From: Limnochordales bacterium
GTDB lineage: Bacteria; Bacillota; Limnochordia; Limnochordales; DUMU01
Reading direction: 5' to 3'
Assembly: GCA_014896315.1 (NCBI GenBank)
Contig: JADBKP010000005.1
Coordinates: forward strand, 149,140-213,139
DNA length: 64,000 nucleotides
Translations under genes and position numbers: made by a program
Notes under the pieces: model-generated
Databases searched by the model: none
Told to the model about the DNA's origin: nothing
The model's input: the letters and a program-made list of their open reading frames with translations, nothing else
Shown here: positions 62,093 to 64,000 of the stretch, piece by piece
Layout of the letters: every line of letters starts with the position of its first letter
How positions within the stretch are numbered: the first letter of the stretch is position 1

Positions 62093-63079
62093 CTAAGTCG
62101 TGGTCTCCCGGCGGATGCGGATGATAGTTTCACAGGTCAGGCCGGTTTGTGGCTGCCGGGCGGTCACAGGCAGTACCAGTTCACCGTCGACCAGGTGAAA
62201 CTGTAAGCGGAAGCTCCCATCAGCAGCAACCGTGACCGGTTGGTCGCCCACGGTCACGGTCGCGCCCGGTTCGGTAGCCCCATAGAGAATGAGATCTGTG
62301 CTGACTGTGAGCCAGAACTGCCGGGCTGCCCCCGGCCAGCCCTGCCATGCACCGGGGGAGAAGCCGGGGCTGATGCCCGGGCTCATCAACAGTGGAGCGG
62401 ATATCCCTGGCGAGAAAGCCTCGCGGGCAAAGCGAGCCCGCAGTGCCCGGATGAAGGCTTCTGACGAGGTTCCTGGCGGCAGCCCCATGAAGTGCTGCCA
62501 CACCTCCTCGATGGTCAGCCAATACTCGTCCTGTATCGGACTGACGTCCTGAGGCGGCAGAAAAGCGATGTTTGACTGCAAAAGCGGTACGAATTCGCCG
62601 CCGGGCAGGCTCCGACCCAGCTCGGCGTAGAGGGATGTATAAGAAGCCAAACCAGCTGGAAGTTCGATGTACCAGTTGTCGGCCATGCCCACTTCCGCCT
62701 GCCATACCAGTTGATGCCCGGTCGAGCCGGTATGTTTGGTCTGGTTGGCAACTGCGGGTGAGGGGAGATCGGCTGTCAGTAGTCGGAGCAGCGTCCAGCC
62801 TTGCTCCCATGCGGGCGCAGCGTAAGCGGAGCGGGCTCGCTCCCACGAACTGGCGGTCAGCTCCCAGTAGGCAAAGAGCCAGCGAGGGTCACGCACCAGG
62901 ATCACGAGGCGGTCCTTGCCGTAGCTTGGCGGTAACTCCGGTACGACTGAGTGGTTGCCAACCTGGGACGCTTCTTGTGTCGTTTTACCTGCCGGGCTGC
63001 TGGCCGCGGTATTGGTTGTGCCGGGCACGGGAGCCCGGGAAGTATCGATCAAGGCCGGGGTGGGTTGTTTCTGAGACAA
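62093..63079 (-). CDS. DUF4912 domain-containing protein
   Basis: [30 protein letters not shown]...LILYGATEP. Confidence 0.85.
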   Translation of the reverse strand: MSQKQPTPALIDTSRAPVPGTTNTAASSPAGKTTQEASQVGNHSVVPELPPSYGKDRLVILVRDPRWLFAYWELTASSWERARSAYAAPAWEQGWTLLRLLTADLPSPAVANQTKHTGSTGHQLVWQAEVGMADNWYIELPAGLASYTSLYAELGRSLPGGEFVPLLQSNIAFLPPQDVSPIQDEYWLTIEEVWQHFMGLPPGTSSEAFIRALRARFAREAFSPGISAPLLMSPGISPGFSPGAWQGWPGAARQFWLTVSTDLILYGATEPGATVTVGDQPVTVAADGSFRLQFHLVDGELVLPVTARQPQTGLTCETIIRIRRETTT

Positions 63080-63416
63080 TTGGCCTTCCCTCCTTGGCTT
63101 CTCGCGCGGGCTACGAGTGCCAGGAACACCTGTTATAAACTGGCTGTCAATAGGCCAGGAACAGGATCAGATTAGCATTTCGGACCCGGGGTTGAGGTTG
63201 ACGAGCAGACAAGCGCGGCAGAAACTCGACGCCTGCGCCGCCGGTCCGGGCCGACGTCTGCTTGCCTGTGCTCTTCCCACCACGACCCCGGGCGAACCAA
63301 TCGATTTCCTGGCTATTATGGGCGCCGGGTACCGCCGTTATACCTGGCCCAAGCAGAGGAAGACGCCGCGCCATGTCGAAGAACTTCGAAGGCCGGCTGG
63401 AGGAGGATTTCGCCGC

Positions 63417-64000
63417 ATGAAGGAATCGTTGGAGCACTTGACCACCGAGGCGCGTAACCCGTTGACCCTGGATCTGGATACCCTTCCGACGCTGGAGATC
63501 CTGCGCCGGATAAACGACGAAGACAAGACGGTGGCACTGGCAGTGGAGAAAGAACTGCCGCAGATCGCGGAGGCGGTGGACAAGATTGTGGCCGCCCTGG
63601 AGCAAGGCGGTCGCCTTTTCTACGTGGGAGCAGGTACCAGTGGTCGTCTTGGTGCACTGGACGCAGCCGAGCTACCTCCCACCTTCGGCACCGATCCTGA
63701 GCTGGTCCAGGCGATTATTGCCGGAGGGGCAGGGGCGTTTGCCCTGGCTGCGGAAGGGGCGGAAGACGATGAGGAAGCCGGCAGGAATGAGCTCATCCAC
63801 CGCAATGTCAATGCGCGTGATGTCGTAGTTGGAATTGCTGCCAGCGGGAGAACTCCTTTTGTCATCGGTGCACTACGGCAGGCGGCTGCTGTGGGGGCGG
63901 GGAGGATTGCCCTTGTCTGCAATACGGACACTCCCTTAAGTCGCCTGGCAGAGATCACCATTGCCCCGGTGGTCGGGCCGGAAGTGATTATGGGCTCGAC
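63417..64000 (+). CDS. murQ: N-acetylmuramic acid 6-phosphate etherase (runs off the window end)
   Basis: [55 protein letters not shown]; GGAGGA RBS. Confidence 0.93.
   Translation, partial: MKESLEHLTTEARNPLTLDLDTLPTLEILRRINDEDKTVALAVEKELPQIAEAVDKIVAALEQGGRLFYVGAGTSGRLGALDAAELPPTFGTDPELVQAIIAGGAGAFALAAEGAEDDEEAGRNELIHRNVNARDVVVGIAASGRTPFVIGALRQAAAVGAGRIALVCNTDTPLSRLAEITIAPVVGPEVIMGS

Overview
GC-rich bacterial chromosome segment. T-box riboswitches, the cdaA-glmM-glmS and acpS-nnr-alr blocks and sigmaA/sigmaH-type promoters point to Bacillota. TolC-family proteins and a solute-binding protein without a lipobox suggest a diderm lineage such as Limnochordia (inference). From left to right: (1) a six-gene MacAB-TolC-like export operon with two different TolC-family proteins and two permeases; (2) SGNH hydrolase, then SDR, class III aminotransferase and GNAT; (3) ykfC/ykfB murein-peptide recycling; (4) class II aldolase-domain protein plus Zn-dehydrogenase; (5) secreted DUF4855-like protein; (6) an Ala-specifier T-box ahead of a PLP aminotransferase and a flavodoxin-like gene; (7) a Leu T-box ahead of ilvB-ilvN-ilvC-serA-leuA-leuB-cimA; (8) an accessory cassette with an IS66 relic, an internally deleted IS256, a LacI regulator with two operators, a DUF4832-like glycosidase, a CBM-like protein, an orphan sugar-binding protein and a possible IS21 relic; (9) kdpFABCDE head-to-head with cdaA, a vestigial cdaR, glmM, glmS, acpS, nnr and alr; (10) a membrane protein, a GT4/GH57/DUF4912 alpha-glucan locus, and murQ, which is cut by the window end. 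No tRNA, rRNA or CRISPR array was seen. The best novelty candidates are the paired beta-barrel-less and apparently six-stranded TolC proteins, the Ala T-box aminotransferase, the LacI/DUF4832 cassette and the kdp/cdaA divergon. All calls come from reading motifs by eye; no searches were run.
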